Assembly (NCBI GenBank): GCA_030704615.1
Contig: CM060732.1
Span: 80,228,001 to 80,292,000, forward strand
Direction of reading: 5' to 3'
Origin: Takakia lepidozioides
Taxonomy: Eukaryota > Plantae > Bryophyta
DNA: 64,000 nt
The number at the start of each line of letters is the position of its first letter. Within the stretch, counting starts at the first letter, position 1. Shown here piece after piece: positions 1-12,899 of the stretch. The notes under the pieces are model-generated. The model was not told where the DNA came from. It did not search any database and saw only the letters and a list, made by a program, of their open reading frames with translations. Both the position numbers and the translations under genes were made by a program.

Positions 1-1080
1 CTGTAAGTCCAAAAATCCTGAGACCAAGCCCGTGCATCCCTCCTCGTCGAGGGCTTTCCAATGGTACTAAGCACAAGGGCTGGGGCCTCCCGATTCGGGA
101 CATCTCAACGTGAAACAAAACAAACGTCTCGCTTCATAGATTGACTGGGGTAGCCTGTGTCGTTGGCCCAAATGTCCAATTTGTCATCCAAGTCCAAGTG
201 CATCAATATATGAAGCAAGTCATATCTAATTAATTTTTTTCCACAGAGTCTACGACCAAACCAAGTGCAATTTTCTATGTATCCCAGTGCATCTCCTATG
301 TTGAGGCCCAAGTGCGACCTCTAGTGTAGCCTATGTTGTTGGCCCAAGTGTGAAGAATTGAAATCTAAGACCAAGTGCAATTTCCAATGTATCCAAGTGT
401 CTCCTATGTCGAGGCCCATCTAAGCCCAAGTGCAATCTTCTATTCATGTATCCAAGTGCATCTCCCATGTAGAGGCCAAATCTATTTTTTTCCATGAATT
501 TAATGAGTAGTAATATATCCAATCATTATTGATATAGGGTAGCTTGTGCCGTAAGTTGGCACCCAAGTGTCCAATGTCATCTAAGTCTATTTTTATTTTT
601 ATTTTCCCACAGAGCCTACGACCAGATTTGAACCGTAGACCTTTCCCTTGATATCTCTCCTGTCGAGGCTCCAACCATTGTCCCAGGAATGCCCACTTTG
701 CTATTTTTCGTGAATTTCCAGCGACCCAAAGTACTTGAAATTCCACATCTCCCACACCGCAGGTCCAAAAATCACGAGACCAAGCCCGTGCACCCCTCCT
801 CGTCGAGGGCTTTCCAATGGTACCAAGCACGAGGGTGGGGTCCTCGCGGTTTGGGACATCTCAACGTGACAAAACAAAACAAACAAAATAAAACAAATGT
901 CTCGCTTTGACCTATACTAAGGTAGCTTGTGCCGTTGGCCCAAGTGTCCAATGTCATCTAAGTCCAAGTGTAATCCCCTATGTATCAAAGTGTGTCTCCT
1001 ATGTCGAGGCCCAAATGCAACCTCTAGGGTAGCCTTTGCCGTTGGCCTAAGTGTCCAATGTCATCTAAGTAAAAAAAAAA
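1..1080. repeat. Degenerate tandem/low-complexity repeat built on (GG/T)CCAAGTG motifs
   Basis: CCAAGTG recurs many times; about 1-200 is duplicated at about 760-970; ends in an A10 run at 1071-1080. Confidence 0.6.
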
Positions 1081-1129
1081 GTATGACGCCTCCCGAACGG
1101 AGCGTAACTTATGGTGTCTCTTCACCACA

Positions 1130-3591
1130 AGGGCTACTATGGCCCGTATCGTTGCATGCGATGCAACCTTTGGGACAAATCACCACAATGTACTCTTCAT
1201 CCTTTTCACAATTTATCCACTTGCAGAAGTAGTGGATGTACGCACACTGGCAGCATCTGACATTCTGCATTTGAACAGTTCCCATTGTACACGTTGATGG
1301 TCTTCGACGAGTGGCTTAACGGTATACCAGTTGCGTACATCATATGCGCCCGTGAGCGGACAACAGACTTGGTGCCGTGGATGGCAGCCTTGCGAGACTC
1401 TCTCCTCGCAGAAATGCCGGACTGGCGACCCAATGCCTTCATTGTGGACGATGCCGACGCCGAAATAAACGCCATTACGTAAGTTTCACGTACCCTCCTA
1501 TACACTTGCGTGCAAGTCCGTCGTCTGCGTCCATTGTCTGTCTCTTCGGCAAGTCCCTTGCCATACAACGCAGTCTTGGCTGCAAGTCCGGCCCATTCAT
1601 TTCTGCAAGTCTGCTGGCAAACCAGTCTGCTGATAATGTCCTCTAGCGAAGTCCGCTGGAAGACTCACTTGCGCAAGTATGCTGCAAGGTCAGTCTGCTC
1701 GGGTGTGCTGCCAGCAACGTCTGGGTAAGTCTGCTGCCGGTCTCCTAAAGGCAAGTCTGCTGGTAGGCCAGTCCGCCGGAGGGGACTGTTCGCAAGCAGT
1801 CCGCTGCAAGACTCACGTGCGCGAGTCTGTTGTGACCTCACTTTGGTCGAGCAAGTCCGCTGGTAGGCAGGTCCGCCGGAGGGGACTGTTTGCAAGCAGT
1901 CTGCTGCAAGATTCACGTGCGCAAGTCTGCTGCAACCTCAGTCTAGTCCAGCAAGTCTGCTGGCAGGCAGGTCCGTCGGAGGGGACCGTTTGCAAGCAGT
2001 CCGCTGCAAGACTCACGTGCGCGAGTCTACTGCGACCTCAGTCTGGTCGAGCAAGTCCGCTCGCAGGCGAGTCCGCCGGAGGGGACTGTTCGCAAGCAGT
2101 CCGCTGCAAGACATGTGCGCGAGTCTACTGCGACCTCAGTCTGGTCGAGCACGTCCGCTCGCAGGCGAGTCCGGTGTCGTGAGGGCAACACTCATGGCAG
2201 GTCAGAGTGGGCGAGTTTGCTGCCTGAATCCATTTGGAACAGACGGGCCGACCAGTCAACTAGACAGTCTACTGGGTTAGTGCCCAAGTCCACCGGCGAA
2301 GTCCTCTTTGAAGTCTCTCATGTGGGCATGTATACTTTGCAGGGCTGTTTTTTGAGGAGTGCTCATTTTCCTGTGCCTTTGGCATGTCCGGCGGGCTTGG
2401 GTGAAGCAATCATGCGCGAAAACCAAAGATCCTATCACTGCCGCAAATTTGCTGAAAGATATGGGAGACCTCATGTACTGTAGAGGTGGACCAATCAATC
2501 CCAAAGAAGGTCTTGCATGGGTAGCAACAACGCTCCGACGCATGAGAAAGAAATATCCGAATGGGCATGAATTTCTGGACTACATCGATAAGGAATGACG
2601 TCCTAAAATAGCAATGTGGTGTACAGCGGCTCGCCATGTTCCGCATGCCAGTCAAGACACCAATGCTAGCATTGAGGCATACCATGGAAACTTGAAGGCA
2701 AGACTGAGGATGAGGAAAGGCAAAATGACTGGGCGTAGAGTGGATTGGCTCATATGGGAACTCACAGGCCGTGTGCTAACACACTACTGGTATGCAATTC
2801 ACCTGAAGACGCACAGATTCATAAGGAATGACAAACAGGAGAAGTACATGTCCAGTTCTGTGCTTGCGACACGCGATATCCCAGCTTGCAATGTCACTCT
2901 TCCGTTCCATCCTGGGCAACCAGCCTATGTTCTAAGCACCAATCACCCAAACACAATTTACATTGTTTACAACCCCGGATGTGAGTGGGCTTCTTGCACT
3001 TGCCCATGGGCAATGAAGGGCAATTTGTGCAAGCATCAAGTCCGAGGCCTGAAGTTGCTTCATCCACACGTGCAGGATGGACTCATAGTGCGCGCTTGTG
3101 GCACGGCGCTGGGAACCATTCATGGAGGATTGCATAATGTGTTTAGGGTTCATGCAAGTGTCGGCGACGAAGAGGGTTTGGGAAATGCAACAGAGGGCCC
3201 TTCCACAGATGATTTCCCCTATGATGCGGAGCCTGTCCTCGTACCATCCTCCATGGATGAAGAATTTGCAGACATACTTCGCATTGTTGGGGACGACAAA
3301 TACCTGCAGAAACATGTGTTGTCTTCTCTTCGTATCTGTAGGGGGCAGCTTGTTGATATTCTCGCCAAGAGTGCTGCAGGAATGTTGCACCCTGCGGCAG
3401 CAAAGAGCTTTCGTCCTGTAAATGACAACAACAATATGTCGCTGAAAAGAAAACGGGATTTCGTTGAGGCATGGAAAACGCGACCCAGGGTCTTACGCAA
3501 AACAGGGAAGAGGGTTGGTGCCCCAACACTTGCAGCATACATATACTCCACAATCCGGAGAGTCGCAGACCGTATACCAGATTTAAAGTAG
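1130..3591 (+). pseudogene. MULE (Mutator-like) transposase with SWIM zinc finger, spliced, with premature stops
   Basis: Exons about 1130-1188 (IVACDATFGTN), 1279-1478 (FPLYTLMVFDEW..GIPVAY..FIVDDADAEINAI) and 2343-3591 (LCLWHVRRAW, TNASIEAYHGNLK, SWIM CTCPWAMKGNLCKH). GT-AG introns at 1189-1278 and 1479-2342. In-frame TGA at 2353 and 2596. Confidence 0.85.
1751..2175. repeat. 100-bp tandem repeat (about 4 copies) inside the MULE transposase intron
   Basis: GTCCG(C/T)CGGAGGGGAC starts at 1771, 1871, 1971 and 2071; the unit is rich in AGTCTG/AGTCCG. Confidence 0.9.
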
Positions 3592-3699
3592 AGTAGGAAA
3601 TGTAAGAAATGGTACAGTATCATTCTCCCTATGAAATAAAATTTCGGCGGTACGATTGCATGTGCACCAGACGTCCAACCTGCCTGCCAACCAGCCTGG

Positions 3700-4260
3700 T
3701 AAACCAGTCTTCTGGCGTCTGAACCAGTCTGTTCAATCAGTCTTCTACCGTCTGATCCAGTCTGCTCAACCAGTCTTCTGATGTCTGAACCAGTCTGCTC
3801 AACCACTCTTCTGGTATCTGAACCAGTCTGTTGTACCAGGCTGGGACTCAGTCTTCAAACAGTCTGCTGTGCCAGCCTTCTCCTGAGCAGACCAGTCTCC
3901 CGGTTCTGAACGTGCCTGCACCTGGCTGACCAGTGAGCCTCATGTGATCTGCCCATCAGACTGGCCATTCTCAGCACGGTGGACTCTCATTACTCTGCTG
4001 ACCAGACTTGGCAGTCTACTGGCCAATGCCATCCGCCTGTACTATACCACTCCGGTGACTCTCGACAGTCTGCTTACCAATGCAGACTCATGGTTCCCAA
4101 TTGCATCTGCCAGTCTGCCGGACTGGTCCCAACTCCTCGGTCTGTCGGACTCTCGTCAGTCTGGCGACATTGCCATCTGTCTGCTCCCAAGCCTAGGCAT
4201 ACCGTCTTCCCGTACTCTGGCAATCTGCTGACTCTCAGCTGTTTGCTGACCAGTGGACTC
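3700..4260. repeat. 33-bp tandem repeat and CAGTCTG-rich tail downstream of the MULE transposase
   Basis: ACCAGTCTTCTG..TCTGAACCAGTCTG units at about 3703, 3736, 3769 and 3802, then dispersed CAGTCT/AGACT motifs. Confidence 0.7.
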
Positions 4261-4617
4261 CCTTGGTATGTTAAACAAAATGATTGTATGTACAGAGGTA
4301 AGTCCGCTTAACAACATGCAGTGAATTGGTCACAAATCTACAGCGACTACTCCACACTGCACTCATATGCGACCAATAGGATGTGTATACAAAGTCATAT
4401 TTTATTTCGTTGCAAATGCTCAAAAGCATGATTCAGGAGGAGAAAAAAATTTCACTCATAAGAAGAAAAAACATTTATTCAGAGAAGGCTCGTCTCGCCA
4501 TTCCATACATCATGCGGTCTCAAAATTATTCGAATAACGAATACCTAATATCTACAAGAACTCGATATACTTTTGTAAGATGAGGTTCATCTTTTCATTT
4601 TCTTATATCTACAATAA

Positions 4618-5062
4618 CTACAGGAGGCTCTCTCGAATCATCCTGAGGGTTTCAGGGGAGTACTCCCTAGGGGTGTATGTCGGAGAATCTCCAGAGATGT
4701 ATTCTGGAGAATCTCCAGGGACGTACTGAGGAGAATCAGCGGCGACATATTCTAGAGAAATTACAAGGATAGATACTGGATACCGAGGAGAGTCAGGACT
4801 GTATCCGGGAGAGGACAGAAGGACGGATCCCGAGGACTGTTTACTATCTCCTACAGAAATGTCATTATCTGAATCAGACTGAAGATTGCACTCATCACTT
4901 TCATCTTTCTCTTCCTCTGTTTCCTCCGTTGTCTCCCGTCAAATAACTCCCTCGAACATTGATTCGTCAGTGCCCGGATTTACGAAGGTTCGCACGTCAG
5001 AGCCCACATCTGATATTTGATTCTCACATCTCTTCTTGAAGGTTTTTGTTTTCGATAAAACC
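4618..5062 (-). pseudogene. Unassigned coding fragment: acidic tract followed by Y-x-x-(G)-D-S-P repeats
   Basis: Manual translation: ...TEETEEEKDESDE...SPGYSPDSPRY...EYVAADSPQYVPGDSPEYISGDSPTYTPREYSPET...LL*. One internal TGA (about 4939); 5' end cut by the CACTA end at 5063. Confidence 0.4.
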
Positions 5063-5620
5063 CACAACAACAGATCGCGGTATATATGACTGTACATATG
5101 ACTATCCCGTAGTCATAAACGGTACATATGACTACAATGACTTTAAGTCGTGCAAACCAAGTGAATACAATGAGTACAGTATGGTCGGTCATGGATGACT
5201 GCAGTCAGATGAACCAAGTGATACATCTCACTGTCATGTGGCAGTCATATGTACTTCTACCGTACATGACTTAGTGTGCTGCTGCAAACTGTACACGTGT
5301 CTCTTTTTAATAAGTCCAGGAGGTTTTATGGATGTGCACCATATGGCGTCTCCCAACTGCCACGTGGCATATCCATGAAGAGGATCTGTAGTCATCATCC
5401 TGACTACAACCATGCTAATATTTGGACACGTGGCATATAATGAGAGGTCTTACAGTCATTGTTCTGACTACAAACATCATGATATGCGGACACGTGGCAT
5501 GTATTGAGGAGGTCTTGCAGTCATGATCCTGACTATGACATGCTGATATACGGACACGTGGTGTCATATGAGGGGTTGTTTTGAACTTTTAAATGTATTG
5601 GACAGTCAGAGCCGCGACTA
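5063..5620 (+). mobile_element. Degenerate CACTA terminus (element D) with GACTA/AGTCAT subterminal repeats
   Basis: CACAACAACAGATCGCGGTATATATGACTGTACATATGACTA aligns with the left end of element B (CACTACAACAGATGAGCATTTTTATGACTGCACATATGACTA). Confidence 0.55.
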
Positions 5621-5989
5621 TGCTTATCTCGTTAGGGTTAGTATTACTCAATACTAAACAAAGAGAAGAACAAAGGGAAGAACAAAGAGACAAAAAATGA
5701 CTCTGCAAATGAATGCTTTATTCACAGGCAAGAATCATAGGAAAGAACAAAGTCAGCAAGTACAAATGACAAAACATAGGCACTTAAAGACAGCAGTAGA
5801 TGTAAGAGCTTCTCTTAAACTGCTACCAGTCAAATTTACAATATAGCACCTGAGTCCCAAAATCTGCTCCTCAAACAATAGTATGACAAAGTGCAAATGA
5901 CACTACATATGCACTGAAGATAGCAATAAATGTAAAATGCGTATGCCTTTCTACGTTTGCTACTGTTCCAACACAACAACAAATCAGCA

Positions 5990-6243
5990 GGATAGGGTGC
6001 ACCCACATTTTGCATGTACATGTCCATGAGGGTATTGTTCATAATGACATTTGGTAAAATTCCAGCTCTGACAATGTTGCCATGGACTTCTGTGCCCTTT
6101 TCCAGAGCTGCCAGGCTTGCACATGCACAAAAATGTGATGTGGTCGGGCTTCACCCCTTCCCCCATCATTTGATCATAGGTCTCCAAAGCCTCCATACCA
6201 CGTCCGGCCTGTTATGCATACCCTGCAAGCATCGAGTTCCATG
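5990..6243 (-). pseudogene. PLS-class PPR fragment
   Basis: MEALETYDQMMGEGVKPDHITF.. and NNTLMDMY..CG motifs with frameshifts; truncated by the CACTA start at 6244. Confidence 0.85.
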
Positions 6244-7179
6244 CACTACAAGATATGAGCGTTTTTAGGACTACGGATTTGGCGGAGTCATAAAAACGGC
6301 ACTAGGTATACGACTACAGAGCGCTGAAATGCGTTGCAGTCATAGTTTTATCACTTTGTAGTAATAAATATCACTACATGACTCCGGAAAGTTAGGGAGC
6401 ATTGGTCAAACATTGTTGACCATGATGACAGGGATGGTTTTATGACTAGTGTGATATGTTTGACTACACGTGGACGACGTTTCATGGAATCTTGTGACTC
6501 CATGACTGAAGATGGTTTTACAGCTCTATTTATACGACTACATCCCTACACGTGTCATTTTGAAAGCACATACACGAATGTATTCATCCATTGGATGAGT
6601 TTATCCATCGATGACATGGCGTGTATACTTATGAGTCCCTTACTGCAAATTGTTTCATAACTCTATATATATGACTACATCACTATACGTGTCATTTAAA
6701 AGGCATATACATTAATGAATTCATCCAATGGATGGGTTCATCCATCCGCCTATACGGTGTGTCGATTTGATATATGTTCAATAAATTGGACCTGGATGGA
6801 CGTGGCTTAACAAACATCGCAAGATATATGAGATTAAAATACGCAATGGTCATGGTTGTACAAGGTTAGATCATGTGATGGAAATTATTTTGAATCGTTA
6901 GATTTTATAGGATCTAACGGTCTAGATTGTTTAAGATCTAACGGTTTTGAAATTACACCGCCGAAACTTTACACCGGGCTGGGACTTAGGCTTTTTTGTC
7001 TCCTGCGTTTCACCATCTATTTGATGTTGTGTCATGGAACGCGATGATCGCAGGATATGCAGGGGCGTGAGATGGAGGCTTTGCAGACCTTCCTACTCTT
7101 GAGCAAATGTTGCAGGAATGAGAAGAGGAGGAAGAGAGGAGACGAGGAGAAGATCCCAACATTCTTGCGAGCTCGCCGT

Positions 7180-8150
7180 TCTTGGGAGAGTCAGCTTGGT
7201 CTTAGCAAGCCGTGTTTCAATCTCTGCCTGCTCAGCTGCACCGTGGTGGTTCGATCTCACATACCAATCCGACATTACCTGACTACAGATACAAGCAGCA
7301 CACACAAGAGGTCCTTTTGGGTTGACGGTCGGTCAAATCCTCCATGGGTCATGACACAAGGTAAAGGACAATGTGGTGATGATACCTTCTTCTTCAACCT
7401 ATTTCAGCCTGTTTTGCCCTCTCATCAGACTCGGCCCTGAGATGCATATTGAATTTTGTAAATTAGCTCGTTGGGTGGATTTGTGGTTGTTTAGAGTGAC
7501 TTTGACAAGTTGTTGCTGATGTGGCAGCATGAAAGTATCCAAAAACAGGTAACAGAGATGAGGAGAAGCTTTGGAATGAACACCTTTCCGACCCCAGTCA
7601 ACGGCGGGACAATGGAGACAAAAAGGTGAGTGCATGTTGGACTACACTAGAGAGAAGTAGATGCAATTTAGAATTAGAACTACTGTAATAATTAGGGTTG
7701 GGGTTTGATGGAAGAACTTCACGGCGTCAATGTCAGCTGCTAGCAGCAAGTATTCATGATTTGTACACAGACAGGGATAGCTGAAGGACCAGGGATAAAG
7801 GTCCAGGTTCATCCAAGAGGGCCAGATTTCAAACACAAGATTACTTCTGATTCCCTGTGGATCAATAGCTACAAGAAATTTGGTAATGAGAAAATGGTCT
7901 GCTAATGAAGGCACCTTTTTCGACACATTTCACCCTGTTTTTCCCTATTATCAGAATCGGCCCTAAATTTTCATGTTGAATTCTGCAAGTTAGTTGGTTG
8001 AGTGAACCTGGGATAGTTTGGAGTGACTTTGACATGATACTGCCAATGTGACAACATGAAAGTATCCAAAAGAGATAACAGAGATGAGGAGAAGCTATGG
8101 AATGAATACTTTTCTGACCCCAGTCAATGGTGGGACAACCGAGGCAAAAA
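7180..8150 (+). pseudogene. OSB-type PDF motif exons (cargo)
   Basis: PWWFDL..NPTLPDY..THKRSFWVDGRSNPPWV at about 7240-7350; EEKLWNEHLSDPSQ..DN..KK / GT intron AG / VHPRGPDFKHKITSDSLWINSYKK at about 7560-7880; EEKLWNEYFSDPSQWWDNRGK at about 8085-8150. Confidence 0.75.
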
Positions 8151-8159
8151 TGTCAATGC

Positions 8160-8615
8160 CTGTCAGATTACCAGATGTCATTTTGAACATTGCCCATGCC
8201 TGGGTGGACATGTAGGTCAAATGTGGGTGCATCAAGGATGCAAAGGGAGTGTTCAACACTATGGCTGAACGAGATGTGGTGTCATGGAGTGCAATGTTTG
8301 CAGGGTATGCACAGCAGGGGTGTGGGATGGAGGCTTTGGAGACCTATGAGCAAATTATGAGGGAAGGGGTACTGAAGCCCGACCACATAATGTGTGTGTG
8401 TGTTTGCAATGCGTGTGCAAGCCTGGCAGCCCTGGAAAAGGGCAAAAAGTCCATGGTTGCATCGTCAAAGCTACAAATTTATCAGATGTCATTCTGAACA
8501 CTCCCCTGGTGGACAATATATATGCCAAATGTAGGTGTAGCAAGGATGCAAAGGGAGTACTGTTCAACAACATGGCTGAACAAGATGTGGTGTCTTGGAG
8601 TACCATGATGACCAC
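8160..8615 (+). pseudogene. PLS-class PPR fragments
   Basis: VFNTMAERDVVSWSAMFAGYAQQGCGMEALETYEQ..KPDHI..CNACASLAALEKGK, with frameshifts. Confidence 0.9.
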
Positions 8616-8619
8616 CTAT

Positions 8620-10560
8620 CAGCCAGTATGTATCATATACAGAACACCTTCATCCACAAAGTAAATATTATGAAAGCTCCCAGAGTTGATGTGGGCAAGC
8701 TTATGGAGGTAGAACTCGCTTCCTTCCTCTAATTTAAGTGAGCGGGCCAAGACTCACTGTGACTCACCACCGGGAATCGAGGGTCTTCGTGGTGGTTCGC
8801 CATAAAATGAGTTTCAGTTTAGTGTCGAAGTACATTGGCTGTTTTCTTGGCTGGTATCTTGTTGCTTGGCTGCTTTCATGGGGATCACATACAGTGAGGA
8901 GGGGGAAGCAAAGATAGAGCGACATGCTGGTGAGTTGGAAGAGCTTGAAGGGGACCATGTTGAGGTACCAGGGTAATTGCCCGTGTGTAGTGGAAGGGGA
9001 GGAGTACGAACGTAAGTTCTGCTGCAATAATTTTTGTTTTCCAGCCTACATGTTCTTGTTGGATATTAATTGAAGTGCTTTCAATGTTGCTACAATACCA
9101 TAATAAAGTGGAGGCTGCTGAATGCAGTTGGCCTTGCTTGGTGCGGACAGAATCCATTGCAATGTGGAGATGGCTGATTATAGCATTTCCAGAGGATGGT
9201 GTGGATGGCCTTGCGTGGTGCATGCAGAGTCCGTGGCAATGTGGAGATGGCTGAATGGGCAAAGGAGGCAAGTGGCAAAGAAGCCACGTCACTGGTACAT
9301 AGTTGTGTGCGACATACTACAAGAAACTGTATTATATGTCATTCCAGAGACTGTCATTGTTAGTCCATGTGTTTTATAACAATGCTATCAATATAAGACT
9401 TCTAGTTCGCATTGGAAGCTCAATCCCTGTAAGTTCATTGTGTGTGAAGCTCAAACTTGTGATTTGAAGGATCTTGTAGCCAAGTTCATTCAACCGGAAA
9501 GGAAAAATTCTGAAAGCTCCCAAATTTGATGTGGGCAAGTTTATGGAGGTAAGACTTAGCTTCCCTCCTCTAATGTAAGTGTTGGATAAGTTTCATTTAG
9601 TGTCGACCTTCACTGCATATATTGGCTCTTTTCTTGGCTGGTTTCATATTTTCTTGGCTGGTATGCTGTTGGTTGGCTTCTTTCATTTGACGTGTGTAGT
9701 GGAAGGGGAGAAGTACTTTCCTAAGTTCTGCTGCAACAATGTCTTTTTCCAGCCTAGATGTTTTCGATGGATACAAATTGAAGTGCTTTGAATGTTGCTG
9801 CAATACTATAATGAAGTGGAGGGTGCTGAATGCAGTTGGCCTTGCTTCGTGCAGGCATAATCCAGGGAAATGTGGACATAGCTAAAACCCCATGATATCA
9901 TTTCCAGAGGACGGTGTGGATGGCCTCACAATCCAGCATGCAAAATCCATGACAATGTGGAGATGGCTGAATAGGCAAACAGGTTAACTGGCGAACAAGC
10001 CACGTCACTGGTACATAGTTGCATGCTTACATAGTACATGAAAGCGTACTATATCTCATTCCCGAAATTGACCATATTGGTCCATGTATTTTACAACAAT
10101 GCTATCAATAAAAGACCAATGGTTCGCATTGGAAACTCTATCCCCGTAAGTGGCTTGTGCGTGATGCTCAAACTTATGATTTGAAGGATCTTATATCCCA
10201 GTTCATTGCAAAGGTGATTGGAAAAGACATTGAGAAGGCAACAGCCGTTATCTATAATCTATAGATCCCCTTCAATTTGATGTGGGAAAGCCGGCTGGCT
10301 GGAGGTCTAGTCTCACTTTCACTCATCTAATGTCAGTGTTGTATCCATTGCAATGTGGAGATGTTTGAAACAACATTGGAGCATTTCCAGAGGATGGTCT
10401 GGATGGCCTTTCGTGGCGTGTGCCGAATCCATGGCAAAAAAACATTGCAGGCAGAACCCATGGCAATGGTACCAGCACGGGTTGGTCCAAAGCCAATTGC
10501 AACAACAAATGAATAAAGGGTGCTGAAAGGAAAGCACTCCATAATTGATCATAAAATCCA
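8620..10560 (+). repeat. About 3 tandem copies (750-840 bp) of a chimeric unit: ribosomal protein eS1/S3a exon fragment plus PPR E-motif fragments
   Basis: eS1-like peptides QNTFIHKVNIMKAPRVDVGKLME followed by GT (about 8640-8710), EAQTCDLKDLVAKFI..ILKAPKFDVGKFME followed by GT (9445-9550) and DLKDLISQFIAKVIGKDIEKATAVIY (10180-10255). E-motif WMALRGACRVRGNVEMAE at about 9200. Units restart near 8671, 9511 and 10270. Confidence 0.75.
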
Positions 10561-10658
10561 GTGTCCAAGCATGATATCTTAATGGGAATGCGAAGGGAGT
10601 GTTACCACCTTAAACTATCATGCATGGTCTATAACTGGAGTGCACAAATCTAGCATAT

Positions 10659-11922
10659 CTAATCTTCATCATCCTCATCTATGTCTGGGTCACTACATGT
10701 ATCACTGTCTTCATCACAGACTTGATCTTGTCCAAGGGTTTGCTGAACATCATCACCACGTATACGGGGTGCTCGGAGGTACAAGGAGACCACCTGCTCT
10801 GGAGTAACCGATACCGCTCGGCTGCATGTTGGGCCATCAGTAACCACAGTCTCCTCTAGTCTTTGTGGGGCTAACAATCCTTCCACTTCCGCCACATCAT
10901 CATTATCAATTGATATGTCGCAGACCACTCTACGTGCTCGGGGGCTCTTCTCCAGGACGACTTTCCACCCTGGCTCCTTCACACAATCAGAAAAAAACAC
11001 TTGATCAACCTGGCCAGGAAACACAAAAGGTTGCTCAGAAGGTGGAAGCATATGGTTAAAATTGACAAGTGTGAAGCCAGCATCATCCTGCTTCATTGAC
11101 ATAGGTTGACGACCCACGCGACTCGTCCGTACCCACGAACACAAAAACACTATAGGCTGTGTTTGGCCATAGTCAATTTGCAAAATCTCCCTTATAAGAC
11201 CCACATATCTTGTAGGTTCCTCTATGTCATTGCCTGAATTGTTGGTAATGGGCTGGTGCTGGAAAACAGATGAGACTCCACAATCAAAAGACACCATACT
11301 TGTTGTGTTCATGCCGGGGGATGTAACCCTGTAATGGTTACCATACGCTGTCATACTCTTGAATGACAGGGCAGTAAATGATAGAGGCCTTGAAAGATCC
11401 AGTAATTCCTCACGTGTTGTAGGATCAAGCCCATCTGATTGAATTGAGAGATGATCCCGTACACCTTGAGGGAGCCAAACAGCAATCCTGTCACAATCCG
11501 AGGGTCAGCCAGGAGATTGACAGAGGTGGCATGGGAGATTTGAAAAGACGCCAATGCCAACTAATGATAAATGACTAAAACTTGGAAATCTGAATGTCAA
11601 TGAAGTAGATTTCTTACCCCAACATGACTGACAGACGAGGATGGTTCTGAATGATGTACTCATGTACAATATCACACAGGTCATTCAATTTTCGGGCTTT
11701 AGAACTCACAACTTCACGTTCCACAGATTTTGCCTCATCTGCATCCCACACCCTTCGTACACTTCCATCAAATCCTGCCATATATTCTGTGCAAAAACCC
11801 AATGCTTCTTCAAATTGGTATCCTTCTGCCATGCTCCCCTCGGGCCTTGCCATGTTTCTTACATAGCCCTTCATATCTTTCATTGCCCGCTCCATGGGGT
11901 ACATCCAACGAGAACTCCCCAC
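10659..11922 (-). pseudogene. CACTA (En/Spm) transposase C-terminal part (DUF4218 + DUF4216-like)
   Basis: RWMYPMERAMKDMKGYVRNMARPEGSMAEGY..EEALGFC; YVGLIREILQIDY..VFLCSWV..DDAGFTLVN..PFVFPGQVDQVFF..PGWKVV. N-terminal part missing. Confidence 0.9.
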
Positions 11923-12899
11923 AAATTCAGAGACAGGGTCAGCCGACTCTGTTCAATGAGCCAGGATCCAGACTGGTGGACAGGAAGTGTAGTTGGGTCC
12001 TCCGAGTCAGTGTGGTCGTGAATCTGCTGGACAGTCTGCAGGGCACTGTCATTGTGGTGACTGCTTTCAGTCTGCTGGACGCACTACAACAGATGAGCAT
12101 TTTTATGACTGCACATATGACTATTTTTTCAGTCCTATATGCGTTCATGACTCTGTAGTGAAAAAAGCCCTGTCATAGCGACTAGTCTTTAGGACTGCAT
12201 TTTGCAAATCATAGCCGTGATTGCGTGCGTGGCACCTGGAGTCATGCATAAGAGAGTGATGTAGTTACAACTCTATGACTTACATACGACTAACTATATG
12301 ACTACATTGTCTGATGAGCGTTGCCTACATGGAGAGGCTTTAGATGAACACGTGTACCACTGCGCAAGCGACACGTCACGACACCTGTTGCACTTCAGAT
12401 GTGACATGTGGCACTTAGACATAATATATGACTAGCATATATGGCAGGGTTTATGCCATGTGTCATCAAGAATGTCTCTAAAAATAATTTAATAGTTATA
12501 TTTGTAATTTTAAATTCTTAAATTTATATTTTATTTTTGAAAACAGGGGATAGCAGCTTGGAAAAATTTAAATGGTATTATTGTTTAATTTAATAATGTT
12601 ATATAAAATAAAAATAGATTAAATGATTTAAACTCTTCATTACATGGTGAAATTCTGATATAAAAACAGAATGGACCCCTCTTGCATACTAGCAACCACA
12701 AGGACATTCAAAATAGACAAGTACAGGGAAATACACGCCGTTTATATTACAAAAATCCAAATGAGACCAATGTCCCAATGGACACCTCAAAGGCCACAAG
12801 GTCCAAAAATCCATGCCTGAAAAGGTCCAGTAAGCAAAAAATAAGCAAGCCCACACATGGGCTGAATTGTTGTAATACTAGTTTGTTCTGGTGCTATTA

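Larger units (their letters stand above)
6244..11925 (-). mobile_element. CACTA element A (one terminus visible) carrying PDF/PPR/eS1 cargo and a transposase remnant
   Basis: Starts CACTACAAGATATGAGCGTTTTTAGGACTAC at 6244; much of 6244-about 7990 is the reverse complement of the right end of element B. The right boundary is inferred; the partner TIR was not found. Confidence 0.6.

Noticed and set aside
1751-2175. CRISPR-like array (also 38820-39035 and 51870-52925)
   Set aside because: The units are contiguous tandem repeats without unique spacers, in a eukaryotic context with no cas genes.
10160-10260. Divergent DYW domain (KFI.KVIGKDI)
   Set aside because: The surrounding residues match ribosomal protein eS1 much better, and the zinc-binding motifs are absent.
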